In this document: piece by piece, positions 10,723-21,795 of the stretch
Layout: every line of letters starts with the position of its first letter
How positions within the stretch are numbered: the stretch's first letter is position 1
Assembly: GCF_011745625.1 (NCBI RefSeq)
Contig: NW_027191458.1
Span: forward strand, 930,001-994,000
DNA from: Cladosporium halotolerans
Taxonomy: Eukaryota
Reading direction: 5' to 3'
DNA: 64,000 nucleotides
Position numbers and translations under genes: made by a program
Notes under the pieces: generated by a model
What the model saw: only the letters and a program-made list of their open reading frames with translations
Database searches by the model: none
What the model was told of the DNA's origin: nothing

Positions 10723-11658
10723 TCACATAACCATATCATCATCCCCCGCATCCCCGCCCGAATGCACCACCATCCCAAACCTCTCCCTCGCAATCCTCTC
10801 ATTCATCGCCTCCCAATCCGCGTGATTGCGCACCTGCATGAAAGCCCCATACTGGTCCTCCATCCCCTGCTGCTGCTGTTGGTGCTGTTGCTGACCGGGC
10901 CACAACCCCGCCGAAGCACCGTACACGGGCTCCATCGACGACGCCGACGCCCCGCTCGAACGGTAGCCATCCATGATGTACGGCTCGGCGTCGCTAACGG
11001 GGTGCGCGGCCGGTTTGCTGGACGCGATAGACGCGGCGCGCATGCGAGCCGCGGGCGGCCAGGCGGGTTCCCCGGCTTGCCGGATGGGCGAGATGCGCGG
11101 CTCTATGTGCGTGTCGAAGACGAGGTTTTGGCGCTCCTGGCGGACGGCTTGCGCTTGCGCTTGCGCTTGGGTTTGCGCTTCGTAGCGCTGGCGCGCGGAG
11201 GCTTCTTCCTCCGCGAGGCTGGTTGGGATCTGCGTGGCGTGGAGGTGCTGCTCGAGGGAGTAGGAGGGCGGCGAGATGCGCCAGAGCTCGAGCAGGCGGA
11301 GCCGCTGGTCGAGGTCCGCGTTGCAGTAGAGGTGGAGTTGGTTGGGGAGGAGGGCTGAGGGGTCGATGGAGTGGTCGCGGAGGGTCTGAGCGATGTTTTC
11401 CGGGAGCACGGCTTCGCGGTAGGAGGGAGGTGGGCTGGTGGGTGGCTCTGAGGTGGTGTCGTGGCCGAGGTGGTGGCTGTGGGTGTAGTGGGCTGAGGCG
11501 TAGTGGATGGTGGGCTGCTCTTGCTTCTCTGAGAACTGCTGTTGGGGCACTGGCTCGACAAAGGCATGTTGGTGGTCTTGCTGCATTTGATTTCCTGAGG
11601 AAAAGTTCATGCGCTGCGCAAAAAGCGCTGCGAGCTCGTCGTGCTGTGATTGATCCAT
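10723..11658 (-). CDS. Hypothetical Gln-rich fungal protein
   Basis: 311-aa ATG ORF with strong GC3 bias and a globular-looking core, IDPSALLPNQLHLYCNADLDQRLRLLELWRISPP. Confidence 0.75.
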   Translation of the reverse strand: MDQSQHDELAALFAQRMNFSSGNQMQQDHQHAFVEPVPQQQFSEKQEQPTIHYASAHYTHSHHLGHDTTSEPPTSPPPSYREAVLPENIAQTLRDHSIDPSALLPNQLHLYCNADLDQRLRLLELWRISPPSYSLEQHLHATQIPTSLAEEEASARQRYEAQTQAQAQAQAVRQERQNLVFDTHIEPRISPIRQAGEPAWPPAARMRAASIASSKPAAHPVSDAEPYIMDGYRSSGASASSMEPVYGASAGLWPGQQQHQQQQQGMEDQYGAFMQVRNHADWEAMNERIARERFGMVVHSGGDAGDDDMVM

Positions 11659-12833
11659 ACTTGCCGCCTTTGCAGCAGTCTCGGGACGGTGTTTCCAAGC
11701 GGTTTGCGAGTATGCTGCGATGTGGTTAGCGAACTGAATGTCGAAAAGCCGTGCCCACCATTCTTACACAGGGGGCGTTCTTTCTGCGAGCTATGAAAGG
11801 CAACTGAATTGCGTTATGGCGAAGTGGCCACTCAATTGGCGAACAAAGAGAAGCGCGCTGTTACCGGACTCTGTGTAGTAGCGGTCGCGGAATTTGGTAT
11901 GCGATGTTGCGATCGCTCCTGCAAAAGCAGATACTCGCAATGCAGGCAAGACAAATGACAGGCCTCGTTGGCAGACCGTGCTTTCCTGTGCGCTGCAAGA
12001 CTCGTGGAAACTGGACACTTCTTTTTAGCTTCTCAACAGGCACTTCTGGCGGGAAGTGCTGGCAGCTGTGCAAGTCAGGTGGGGTGCCTCTGCGGCTTTG
12101 TTCTGCTGCGGTGAATGAGATCCAATTTCAGTAGACTGCGGGCTATCAAAGGCTATCTACAGGAGGAGAGGAAAGGAGAGAAGTGGTCGGTCGCGGGCAG
12201 AGAATAATGAAGGAGTCATCGTGATATATAGGCGGTATGGGCGACGGGGTGGGATAGTGGGCAGATGACGCCGCGCCAGCGGACTGAAACGTCCTCTAAC
12301 CGCGGGATGGTCGGGCCTAAGGCCTCAAGGCACGCGGTGATTGGGCGGGCAGCTGTTTTGCTTGGGCAGAGCTGCACAAGGGCCTGTTTCGCTGCATCTC
12401 GTCGTGAAGGCTGCTGCGCCAGACGCTGCTTGGTGTATGAGATGGCTCAGACCTCCCTCGCGCACATTCGATACAGATGAGGCTGGTCGCTGCAATTGAC
12501 CGCGTGAGATAGCGTTCCATGCGCAGGAAACGACGCAGGCGACAGTCGGTGGACAGCCAGATACAACCGGGTCGAGACTCCGAGATCCGTCTGTGTCTCG
12601 CTGTCTCGCTGATGGTGGCCTCAGGCGTCCACGCGCTTGTGACGCGGGCTTCAGTTGCCTGTGAGCTCAAGCAACGCTGCTTCAACACCATAGCTACCAC
12701 TCCACACTCACTGCCACCGCCAACCCCATCACTCTGCCCTTGCGACTCTCAGGATCTTTGCTTCAGTTCTGTGTACTATCTCCCGGTCACGCCAAACACA
12801 AATCAACATCGCACATCTTCCTAAACCGGCGCC

Positions 12834-13814
12834 ATGGTGAGCACAATCGCTCGTCCGCTCACAAACGCCGCGCGCTGACATGAATCGTAGACGTCAATAG
12901 GCACCGGCTACGATCTTTCCAACTCCGTCTTCTCTCCCGATGGTCGCAACTTCCAGGTCGAATACGCCACGAAAGCCGTAGAGAACGGCGGCACCGCGAT
13001 CGGCATCCGGTGCAAGGATGGCGTTGTGCTGGCCATGGAGAAGCTCGTCACAAGCAGACTCATGAAGAAGGACGCGAACAAGCGCATCGCGACTGTGGAT
13101 AGGAATATCGGTGTTGTACGTCGCAGAGCGCTCGTGTCTCCCAGACGGAATGGCTGGATTCGCTAACACATCGACTCTCAGGTCTCCGCTGGTCTCGTCC
13201 CCGACGGCCGCCATTTCGTCTCTCGCGCGCGCGACGAAGCGTCCAGCTGGCGCAGCACCTACAAAGCCCCGATCCCCGTCGCCTCGCTCGCAAACCGCAT
13301 GGGCTCCTACGTGCAAGCCTTCACCCTCTACTCTTCCGTTCGCCCCTTCGGCATCACCGCCATCGTCGGCGGCTTCGACGCAGAAACCGAGGTCGACGTC
13401 GACGGCGCCGTCGGCAGCGGGCCCAAGGTCGGCTCCGGTGGCAAGACGCAGGGCGTCAAGGAGGGCGGCCCATACCTGTACATGATCGAGCCCTCGGGTC
13501 TCTACTGGGGCTACTACGGCGCGGCGACGGGCAAGGGAAGGCAGGCGGCGAAGGCGGAGCTGGAGAAGCTGAACCTGGACCCGAAGAAGGGCGACACTAT
13601 CTCATTGGAGGAGGGCGTCAAGGAGGCGGCGAGGATCATCTACGTGGCGCACGAGGACAGCAAGGACAAGGAGTTTGAGCTGGAGATGACGTGGATCTCG
13701 GCTGTCAGCGGGCCCACGAAGGGCAGGCACGAGGATGTACCGAAAGAGCTGAAGGACGAGGCGGAGAGGCTGGCGAAGAAGGCTCTTGAGGGTGATGACG
13801 AGATGGAGGAGTAG
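12834..13814 (+). CDS. PRE10: 20S proteasome subunit alpha-7
   Basis: Exon 1 is ATG only (12834-12836); introns at 12837-12890 and 13116-13181. The spliced product begins [27 protein letters not shown] and contains [23 protein letters not shown]. Confidence 0.97.
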
Positions 13815-14271
13815 ACTTCTTTCGAAGTGCTGTACGAATACCGCGAGATACACTCTGCACGCCGCATAGAGAGCGGCATACGAAACGGACATAGCATGGC
13901 TTTATTGATGTCGAGACGCCAATTCAAAGCCTCTCAGCAATCTACTGTCACTGAAAGTGATAGGCTTCCCCTTTCCCGACTTAAGAAGTGTCAAGATTCG
14001 AGCGAGATCTGATATCCTTCCTTCAGGCGTCCAGGATTCACGAGCTTTCAGACGCTCACCATGACTTCCGTTACGCGGAGAGGAGCTATGTCGTAGCAGC
14101 TAAATTCGCTTTTCAGCGCGCATAGAACTACCTCCATTTTTCTGAACAGGCTGATGATCATCACAGGTGCGACTCTCATCCATCGGTCCGGCCCAAATGC
14201 TAATCATTTATCACAAATGCAGCTCACGGACAAACATAAACTCATGACACACCAAGCCAATTCCCTCCCAC

Positions 14272-15646
14272 CTACAACTTCGCATTCCACGCCGCTCTAT
14301 CCGCCGACTCCAGCACCCGCTCCCTCCCATCCCAGAAAAGCGGGCACAGCTGGAACCACTTCTCGCGGCTGCAGACCGAGTGCACGCTGCGCTTGTGCCC
14401 GAGGTCGACGTACTTGCCGATCGTCAGCCCGACCGCGTTCTCGTACGACAGGATCGTGCCGCCCGTCGCCCGCGGCTCGCCCACCACGCTCGCCGTCCGC
14501 ACCTCGTCCAGGAAGCAGTAGTGGATGCAGCTCGAGTACCACGCGTTGACGCGGTGCGAGCCCCGGAACGACGCGTCGCCGACGAGCGAGTGCCGCCCGC
14601 GGTCGTAGTCGTCCGCTCTGTAGTGCGCGCCGTAGTGGTCCTCCTGCGGTTGGGTTAGTGGACTGTGATACGGTGTCTTCGGACCGGCGGCTTACCTTGG
14701 CCCAGTACAGCTCGTAGTACGAGAAGCGGGTGTCGTTGAACCGGCCGAAGAGGCACAGGACGTGCGGGTCGAAGTGCAGCTTGCGGAGGTACTCGCGGTG
14801 CTCGTCGAGCGTGCCGGTCTCGTTCCAGCCCTTGGCGACGCGCGGGTCGTTCTGCCACGTGTTGAACAGCTTCAGGTGCTCCGCGTCCTCCCAGTCGATG
14901 ACTTCGAGCGAGAAGTGCTCGTCGAGCTCCGGGATGTAGCGGCTGTAGCAGATGGATCCAGGATGCGGTTTGGGCTGACGTGTTGGGTGCATGGTGTAGA
15001 TCGGCTGCTCGGGGAATTTCATCGTGAATTGCTGGTGTTCGGGCATCGCTGGATACTGGGAGATGGGCTTCCTGGCGAGCCCTTGGGTGCCGTCGCCTAC
15101 GGCCCAGATCGGTCGGGGGCCTGTTGGCGAAGCGGCTCCTTGCCAGAATGCGCTTCTCAAGATCAACAGGTCGCCGTCGGCGATACCGTCATTCTGCACA
15201 GGCCGCCATGGTTGAGGGTGCTCGATTGCAAGTCCGGTGGCAAGCAGTTCTTGACGGATCACGCTCTTCCCATATCCCTCCAGAGCCAGTCTGAAATACT
15301 CGATCGTCGGATGGGCAAGATAAATAGCATGAACGACGTTCCAGATCTGGGCCAGAGATGGAGTTTCCTGGCTCGGCCATTCAAAAGTCGTCTTTGGGCT
15401 TCTGTATGCTCGGGCCCAAGCGCTGTTGTCATTGTCGGGGGGACACTGTTTGGCGGTTCGTGAAGTCAGGTCTCGCCATGAGAGCGACTCTGAATGCAGT
15501 GGTTCTGGCAAAGATGTTGTGCTGGGTGGCTGATCGTCCAAAGCCAGAACGAACTTGGCGGGCGTGACGTCCGCGTTGCATCGCACTTGATATGAGGTGA
15601 GAAACGGATGCGGCAGTTTCACCGCGGGGTATTTTTGTGGTGACAT
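14272..15646 (-). CDS. sidF: N5-hydroxyornithine acyltransferase (SidF/IucB-like GNAT), about 440 aa, ends in PTS1 AKL
   Basis: Motifs FWQGA, YSRYIP and [14 protein letters not shown]. Intron 14644-14695 joins [37 protein letters not shown]. Confidence 0.92.
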
Positions 15647-16059
15647 GATGGTTTGGCAATTGAATTGTTCTGAATATGAATTGCGATCAATGTAAGTCGT
15701 AGCAAAAGCGCAATTGGACGAAAGTGAAGAACGGGTCTTAAAGATCCGATTAAGAGACACAAGACCTAGCTGGGCCGCGGCCTTGGTCGTAGGAAGTGGA
15801 CCGGCTTGCCTACCATCCTGGGCTGCTCGAATCGCGAACCGAGCATGGCAGGTACGAAAATGGCAGCTAGTTCTCGCCAAACCCAAAATTCGAGACGAGG
15901 GCTACCGTCCGAGATGCCTAGCCTCCTCGTGGCGCCGATACCGCGGCTGGGGTGCCCTAGATGTTCCTACACCTACCAGTGCGGGCATATACGTCTTTGG
16001 CACATTTACGATCGTCTTAAAGAAACTACTCGAATTCGTTTGCGAACCATCCATTCAAT

Positions 16060-16933
16060 ATGTCTTCTGGATCGGTTCAGACCGACCACAAGAACTTCAT
16101 CGTCACCTTTCCACGCTTAAAAGTCATCCAGGTGACACTAAACAGACCGAACAAGCTGAACTGCATCGACACTGCTACGAGTAAAGAAATCGCAAAGGTC
16201 TGGGAGTTGCTCGATCACGGTGAGGATTTATGGGTTGGCATCATCACAGGAAGTGGAAGGGCTTTTTGCACAGGAGCAGACCTCATCGGTAAGCCGAACC
16301 TCCAAATGCTGCGGGCTTCCTCGGAACTGACGATGTACGTTAGAATGGAATGAAATGAACAGAGCCGGTGTAGTCAACGACATGTCGGCGCCAGGGCTGG
16401 CTGGACTCCCACGTCGTGACGGAAAGAAGCCAATCATCGCCGCGGTCAACGGAATCACCATGGGCGGTGGATTCGAGATGGTGGCCAACTGCGACATAGT
16501 TGTTGCTTCATCGGCTGCAACCTTCGCTTTGCCAGAAGTGAAGCGAGGAATCGTCCCCGTCGCTGGATGCTTGCCACGATTGACGCGGACTCTCGGTCTG
16601 CAGAGGTGCACCGATCTGGCCCTGACCGGCCGTAGCGTCAGCGCCACGACGCTGTACGACTGGGGCCTCGTCACCCGCCTAATTGACTCATCAGCCGACG
16701 TGGTCGACGCCGCCGTTCAGGTCGCAGAGGAGATGTGCCGCAACAGCCCAGACGCGCTAATCGTTGCCCGCAGAGGGATTCGGATGAGTTGGGAGACGGG
16801 CAACGCTGAAGAGGCCGTGTCGAGCTTGGCGGAACATTGGTACCCTCGCTTGGTTGAGGGGGCCAATTTTGCCGAGGGCATCAAGGCGTTCTCGGAGAAG
16901 CGTAGCCCGCAGTGGGTGAATTCCAAACTGTGA
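16060..16933 (+). CDS. sidH: Enoyl-CoA hydratase family protein, probable mevalonyl-CoA hydratase, about 272 aa, ends in PTS1 SKL
   Basis: Crotonase motifs LNRPNKLN, AFCTGADL, KPIIAAVNG..GGGFE and FALPEVKRG. Intron 16289-16343. Divergent from sidF. Confidence 0.9.
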
Positions 16934-17014
16934 TCCGTTGGAGTGGGAGAGGTAGAGAACTAGTGAGGGACCCATGTGTGATGCATGGTCGGGCGTCCAG
17001 GGATCCACTCTGGG

Positions 17015-17041
17015 ATCAGATAAAAATTTCTCATCAGATAA
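17015..17041 (+). promoter_or_regulatory. Tandem ATCAGATAA boxes (SreA/SRE-type iron-responsive GATA sites) upstream of the ABC transporter
   Basis: Exact ATCAGATAA at 17015-17023 and 17033-17041. Confidence 0.8.
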
Positions 17042-17221
17042 ATTCCCCACAACGTTGCATGCGAGGTCGGCGAGACAGGGATCTCAGTCTCAAATGGTAG
17101 AATGTTAGCGAGCCAGCACGCCGTGAGGTGTGAAGCCCTTGCTCAAGAAGTGTGGCTGTCCAAGCTCGAAGCTTGGGCTTAGGGCTGGAAGCTGCTCGGG
17201 TGGACTCGGGTCCGTGCGAGG

Positions 17222-17245
17222 ATCTGATTATTTTCCATCTGATAA
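17222..17245 (+). promoter_or_regulatory. SreA-type box pair upstream of the ABC transporter
   Basis: One-mismatch ATCTGATTA at 17222-17230 and exact ATCTGATAA at 17237-17245. Confidence 0.75.
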
Positions 17246-17637
17246 TTCTATCACTTCTCGGCGGCCCACCCTGGTGCCGCCATCTGTTTTAGCGCGCATT
17301 GTTCGAGGGATTGCTCCGGAGGCGCACGACTAGTCATGTCTTGCAATGCATTGACCTTCTTCGTGAGAAGGGCTCGTACGTTCAGGCAAATGGCCCACCA
17401 CCATGGCGGCATTAGCCGACCTCGGAGTGTTCTTGCTTGCTGTCAAGACTCGTCCAAGATATTGGCGTGTCGTACTAGGCCCAAGGTGAGACTGTTAGTG
17501 TTGGTCGAAAGACGAAGACTTGGACTGCTGCATGCTAAGCCGCTCCTTTCATTCATCCATCTTGGCCCTACCTCTTGGACAGCCTTGGAAGAAAGGCGAT
17601 CATCGACACGACTGATTGGCAGCCCTCTACTGCGGCG

Positions 17638-20600
17638 ATGCAGGCTGTACAGAAATTCACGGGCTACTATCGGCTGCTAGTAGCTGGCAACCCTTCGAAG
17701 ATCGAGATTCTGACATTGGTTGCTGGTGCCATTTTCTCGATAGCAGCGGGAGTTCCTTTTCCGATCATTGGCATCTTGTTCGGTGAACTCTTGGACGACT
17801 TTAATGGAACGACATGCAGCCAAGGAGATCCATCAAGCGCGGGATACCAGGGTGATATCAACGACAAGATCTTGATCATCTTCTACTTGGCAATTGCACA
17901 GTTCGTTCTGATCTATGGTCATCTCTTCTGCTGGAGTTATTCTGGTGCTAGACTCGCACAGAGACTTCGGGAGTCTTACCTGCATACTCTCTTGCGACAG
18001 GAGCCATCCTATTTTGACAACCTGCCGCCAGGTGAGGTTGCATCCCGCTTAGACAGCGATATTCAGACGATTCGATCAGGAACAGCAGAAAAAGTGGGAA
18101 TATGCCTTTCCAGCTTTTCCTTCTTCGTCACGGCGTATATCGTCGCATTTATCAAGAACTGGGAACTTGCGGCAATGCTGATCTCCTTAATCCCGGCGTA
18201 TCTACTGATGTCGTTCATCGGTGGCCACTACATTGAGAAGTACACCGGACTTATGTCAGATCACGCTGCTACCGCAGCTTCCATCGCCTCCGAGTCGCTG
18301 TCAAATCTGGTCGTAGTGCAAGCTTTTGGTGCAAATCTTCGTCTAGAGGAGAAGTTCTGCAAAGCCCTTGCAGCGTCTCGCCACGAGGGCATCAAGAAGG
18401 CCACGGCAATCGGAGTACAGTCTGGTATCCTGTACTTCGTTGCGTATGCGGCGAACGGCCTCGCGTTCTGGCAGGGGAGTCACCAAATTGCCGAAGCCGT
18501 CCGTGACAGCACGGGTGGCACTACAGTCGGAGCTGTGTTCACTGTGATTTTCATCCTGGTCGAAGGTCAGTTCTTTCCACAAGCCTATCCAACGCAAGCT
18601 AATCAATGTGCAGCCACTCTACTTCTGAGCCAGGTTGCTCCCTTCATTCATCTTTTTGCGGCCGCGGTCGGCTCATACGAGAAGTTGAGAGTCGACATGG
18701 ATCGACAATCTCTCATCGATGGTACCTCGCTTGAAGGTGTTCGACTCCCGAACCCTGAAGGCAAGATTGAGTTCAAAAATGTTTCGTTCGCCTATCCTTC
18801 TAGGCCGGAGATCACAGTCCTCGAAGAATACAATCTTGAGATCCCAGCCAACAAGCACACCGCTCTGATAGGTCTTTCCGGTAGCGGCAAGTCGACCATT
18901 GCTGGGCTCGCGACCAGACTATACGATCCAAACGAGGGCCAGATTCTCTTCGACGGGGTGAACATCCGTGATCTCAATGTCTTCGATCTCAGGAGCTCTA
19001 TTAGCTTGGTACAACAAGAAGCTCCGCTTCTCGACAGATCACTATTGGAAAACATTGCACATGGCCTAATCAACTCCAACTCCCCGGAGCACGCAGATGT
19101 CAAGGCCACATTGCTGGGTACGGATCTTGCAGATGTAGCTGCGGATGTTAGAGATGGTCAAGACCTTGAGATATCGGCAGAGAAACGTGGACCGATCGTT
19201 CTCAAGATCGTCCACCTGGTGCGAAAAGCAGCGACCCTCGCAGATGCGGATGACTTCATTCGTGCGTTGAAGCAAGGGTATGGCACGGCTGTAGGTGCCA
19301 GTGGACGCCTCATCAGCGGCGGTCAGAAGCAGAGGATCGCTCTTGCAAGAGCCCTCATCAAGGAGCCCAGAGTTCTCATTCTCGATGAAGCCACAGCGTC
19401 CCTCGACTCTAGAAGCGAGCAACGAATCCAACGGGCCATCGGAAACATCTCCAACGGTCGTACCATGATCACAGTGGCTCACAGACTTTCCACCATCACG
19501 CATGCGGACAACATCGTCGTGATGCAAAAAGGCCGACTTTTGGAACAAGGAAGCCACGCCGAGTTGTTGGCTCGTAACGGCGCCTATGCGGACCTCGTGA
19601 AGTTGCAGACCCTAGGAACGGCGTCTTCGAGCGACGGAACGACCAGCGAGAGCGAGACTGTTGCAAAGTCTGAGCCTGTTGCCTCATTGAGCTCGCTTAA
19701 CGAGAAGACTGAACACGTAAGCGAGCATCAGGTGGACAACGAAAAGAAGGAAACTGCTAGCAATAAAGACGAATCTGCAGATGCTGAAGAAGATGAGCCT
19801 CCTTCGCCTAGAAAGTCTATTTGGGCGCTGGCGAAAGGCTATGCACCTGCTTTGAGGCCTCACACGCTGGTCATTTTTGTCGCACTTCTTGGGTCAGTAG
19901 TCGTCGGCGGCGCATTTTCCGGCGAAGCGGTCATCTTTGGTAATACCGTGGGAAGCCTGAACCCGTGTAAGACTCCTGGTTTCATTAGGTCCCACGGAAA
20001 CCTTTTCGGGCTGATGTTCTTCGTACTTGCGATCATTGAGTTTTTCGCCAACTTGATCAGCTGGTCCGGATTTGGATGGACGTCTGAGCGTCTTGTCTAC
20101 ACGGTCAGGGTTCTTTCTTTCCGGTCACTCTTCGAGCAGGATCTTGAATGGCATCAGTCTGAAGGGCGGACGCCTTCAATGCTCTTGTCCTACATTACTC
20201 GCGATGGTAATGCTCTTGCAGGTCTGAGCGGATCTGTCCTCGGCACCTTGTTCTCCATCACCGTCAATCTCTTCGCCGCCATTATCTTGACCCACATTGT
20301 TGCCTGGAAGATTGCTTTGGTCTGCTTGTCCTTGGTTCCGCTGCTCCTAGGATGCGGTCTCATGGAACTCAACGTTCTCGGAAAGTTCGAAGAGAAACAC
20401 GAGACTGCGTGCACCAAGTCTGTAGCGATTGGTGTGGAGGCTGTCACTTCTATCAAGCTTGTTGCTGCACTTTCCTTAGAAGAGGAAACCCTGGGCACAT
20501 ATAAGAGATCTCTGGTCGGCCCGCGCAAGGAAACGTTCAAGGTTATTCTGCAAGCTAGCTTCTGGCAGGCAATGACTTATTTTCTCGGCAACTGCGTGAA

Positions 20601-21639
20601 TGCACTTTCCTACTGGTGGGGAGCAAAGCAGATCATCGCTGGAAACTATACGCAGACTCAGTTCTTGATCGTTGTCTTCTCTCTCCTGGTCGGTGCATTG
20701 CTTTGGGCACAGATGTTTGCTCTGGCGCCTGAGCTGTCCAATGCCCGAGGTGCAATGGCAAGAATTCTGAGCTTGATCGAGATCGGATCTGACGGTATGA
20801 GAGGTCATGTTCCCGACCCCAGCATCCAGCCGCGCCTTGAAGATAAGGACGTGGAGGCTGTCGCTGAGTCAAAGCCTGTCCACCTTTTTGATGGCCGGCC
20901 ATCTGGCGTCCAGTTCTCGAATGTGCACTTTACCTATCCCGCCCGCCCGGACTCTAAGGTTCTGAACGGTCTAGATATAAACGTTCAGCCAGGTCAGTTT
21001 TGCGCCCTAGTCGGGCCAAGCGGCGCTGGGAAGTCCACGATCATATCTCTCATCGAGCGCTTCTATGTGCCGCAGTCTGGCTCTATCCTCGTCGACGGTG
21101 TCGACATAACCAAATTCCGAGATGTGTCCTTCCGCGATGCGATTGCTCTAGTACCTCAAGAAAGCGTACTGTTCGAGGGCACCGTCGCATTCAATATCGG
21201 CCTGGGCTCAAGGCCATCGCAGGAGGCCACCATGGACGAGATTATCGAGGCTTGCAAGCTGGCCAACATTCACGACACCATTAATGATCTACCAGATGGC
21301 TACAATACTCTCTGCGGGCCGAATGGTAGCCAGTTCTCCGGTGGACAGAAGCAAAGACTTTCCATCGCCAGAGCGCTCGTCCGCAAGCCTAAGCTGCTCA
21401 TCCTTGATGAGTCGACTAGCGCTCTTGATGCAGAGTCTGAGAAATTATTGCAGGATAGTTTGGATCAAGTTGCGAAGGAGACAACTGTGATTGCTATTGC
21501 GCATCGTCTGCGCACTATTCGAAAGGCCCATATGATCTTCCAAATCGAGGCTGGCCAGTGCCTGGTATCTGGAACGCATGAGGAGTTAATGTTGAAATCG
21601 GAGACATACCGCGAGAACGCGATGCATCAGACAGTATAG
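17638..21639 (+). CDS. Full-size ABCB/MDR transporter, probable siderophore exporter (SitT-like)
   Basis: TMD-NBD-TMD-NBD layout with Walker A GLSGSGKST and GPSGAGKST, signatures ISGGQKQR and FSGGQKQR, and Walker B ILDE. In-frame 48-nt intron 18566-18613. Start uncertain: ATG 17638, or ATG 17403 via a possible intron 17486-17582. Confidence 0.93.
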   Translation: MQAVQKFTGYYRLLVAGNPSKIEILTLVAGAIFSIAAGVPFPIIGILFGELLDDFNGTTCSQGDPSSAGYQGDINDKILIIFYLAIAQFVLIYGHLFCWSYSGARLAQRLRESYLHTLLRQEPSYFDNLPPGEVASRLDSDIQTIRSGTAEKVGICLSSFSFFVTAYIVAFIKNWELAAMLISLIPAYLLMSFIGGHYIEKYTGLMSDHAATAASIASESLSNLVVVQAFGANLRLEEKFCKALAASRHEGIKKATAIGVQSGILYFVAYAANGLAFWQGSHQIAEAVRDSTGGTTVGAVFTVIFILVEGQFFPQAYPTQANQCAATLLLSQVAPFIHLFAAAVGSYEKLRVDMDRQSLIDGTSLEGVRLPNPEGKIEFKNVSFAYPSRPEITVLEEYNLEIPANKHTALIGLSGSGKSTIAGLATRLYDPNEGQILFDGVNIRDLNVFDLRSSISLVQQEAPLLDRSLLENIAHGLINSNSPEHADVKATLLGTDLADVAADVRDGQDLEISAEKRGPIVLKIVHLVRKAATLADADDFIRALKQGYGTAVGASGRLISGGQKQRIALARALIKEPRVLILDEATASLDSRSEQRIQRAIGNISNGRTMITVAHRLSTITHADNIVVMQKGRLLEQGSHAELLARNGAYADLVKLQTLGTASSSDGTTSESETVAKSEPVASLSSLNEKTEHVSEHQVDNEKKETASNKDESADAEEDEPPSPRKSIWALAKGYAPALRPHTLVIFVALLGSVVVGGAFSGEAVIFGNTVGSLNPCKTPGFIRSHGNLFGLMFFVLAIIEFFANLISWSGFGWTSERLVYTVRVLSFRSLFEQDLEWHQSEGRTPSMLLSYITRDGNALAGLSGSVLGTLFSITVNLFAAIILTHIVAWKIALVCLSLVPLLLGCGLMELNVLGKFEEKHETACTKSVAIGVEAVTSIKLVAALSLEEETLGTYKRSLVGPRKETFKVILQASFWQAMTYFLGNCVNALSYWWGAKQIIAGNYTQTQFLIVVFSLLVGALLWAQMFALAPELSNARGAMARILSLIEIGSDGMRGHVPDPSIQPRLEDKDVEAVAESKPVHLFDGRPSGVQFSNVHFTYPARPDSKVLNGLDINVQPGQFCALVGPSGAGKSTIISLIERFYVPQSGSILVDGVDITKFRDVSFRDAIALVPQESVLFEGTVAFNIGLGSRPSQEATMDEIIEACKLANIHDTINDLPDGYNTLCGPNGSQFSGGQKQRLSIARALVRKPKLLILDESTSALDAESEKLLQDSLDQVAKETTVIAIAHRLRTIRKAHMIFQIEAGQCLVSGTHEELMLKSETYRENAMHQTV

Positions 21640-21795
21640 AAATACATAGTAGATAGTGTCCAATTTCTGCGAACTCATAACATGTACATGATCAAGTCTG
21701 ATCCCTCAGTCTCCAAGGTTGAGATTTATACGATATTGGGGAAAATTTGTTCCAATGTGAACATACTTATCTTAGAAAGCTATGGAATCGGCAGC

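Noticed and set aside
13815..14012. 65 open codons in frame after the PRE10 TAG
   Set aside because: No coding-like codon bias, and PRE10 already ends in its usual acidic tail, so this is compatible with chance.
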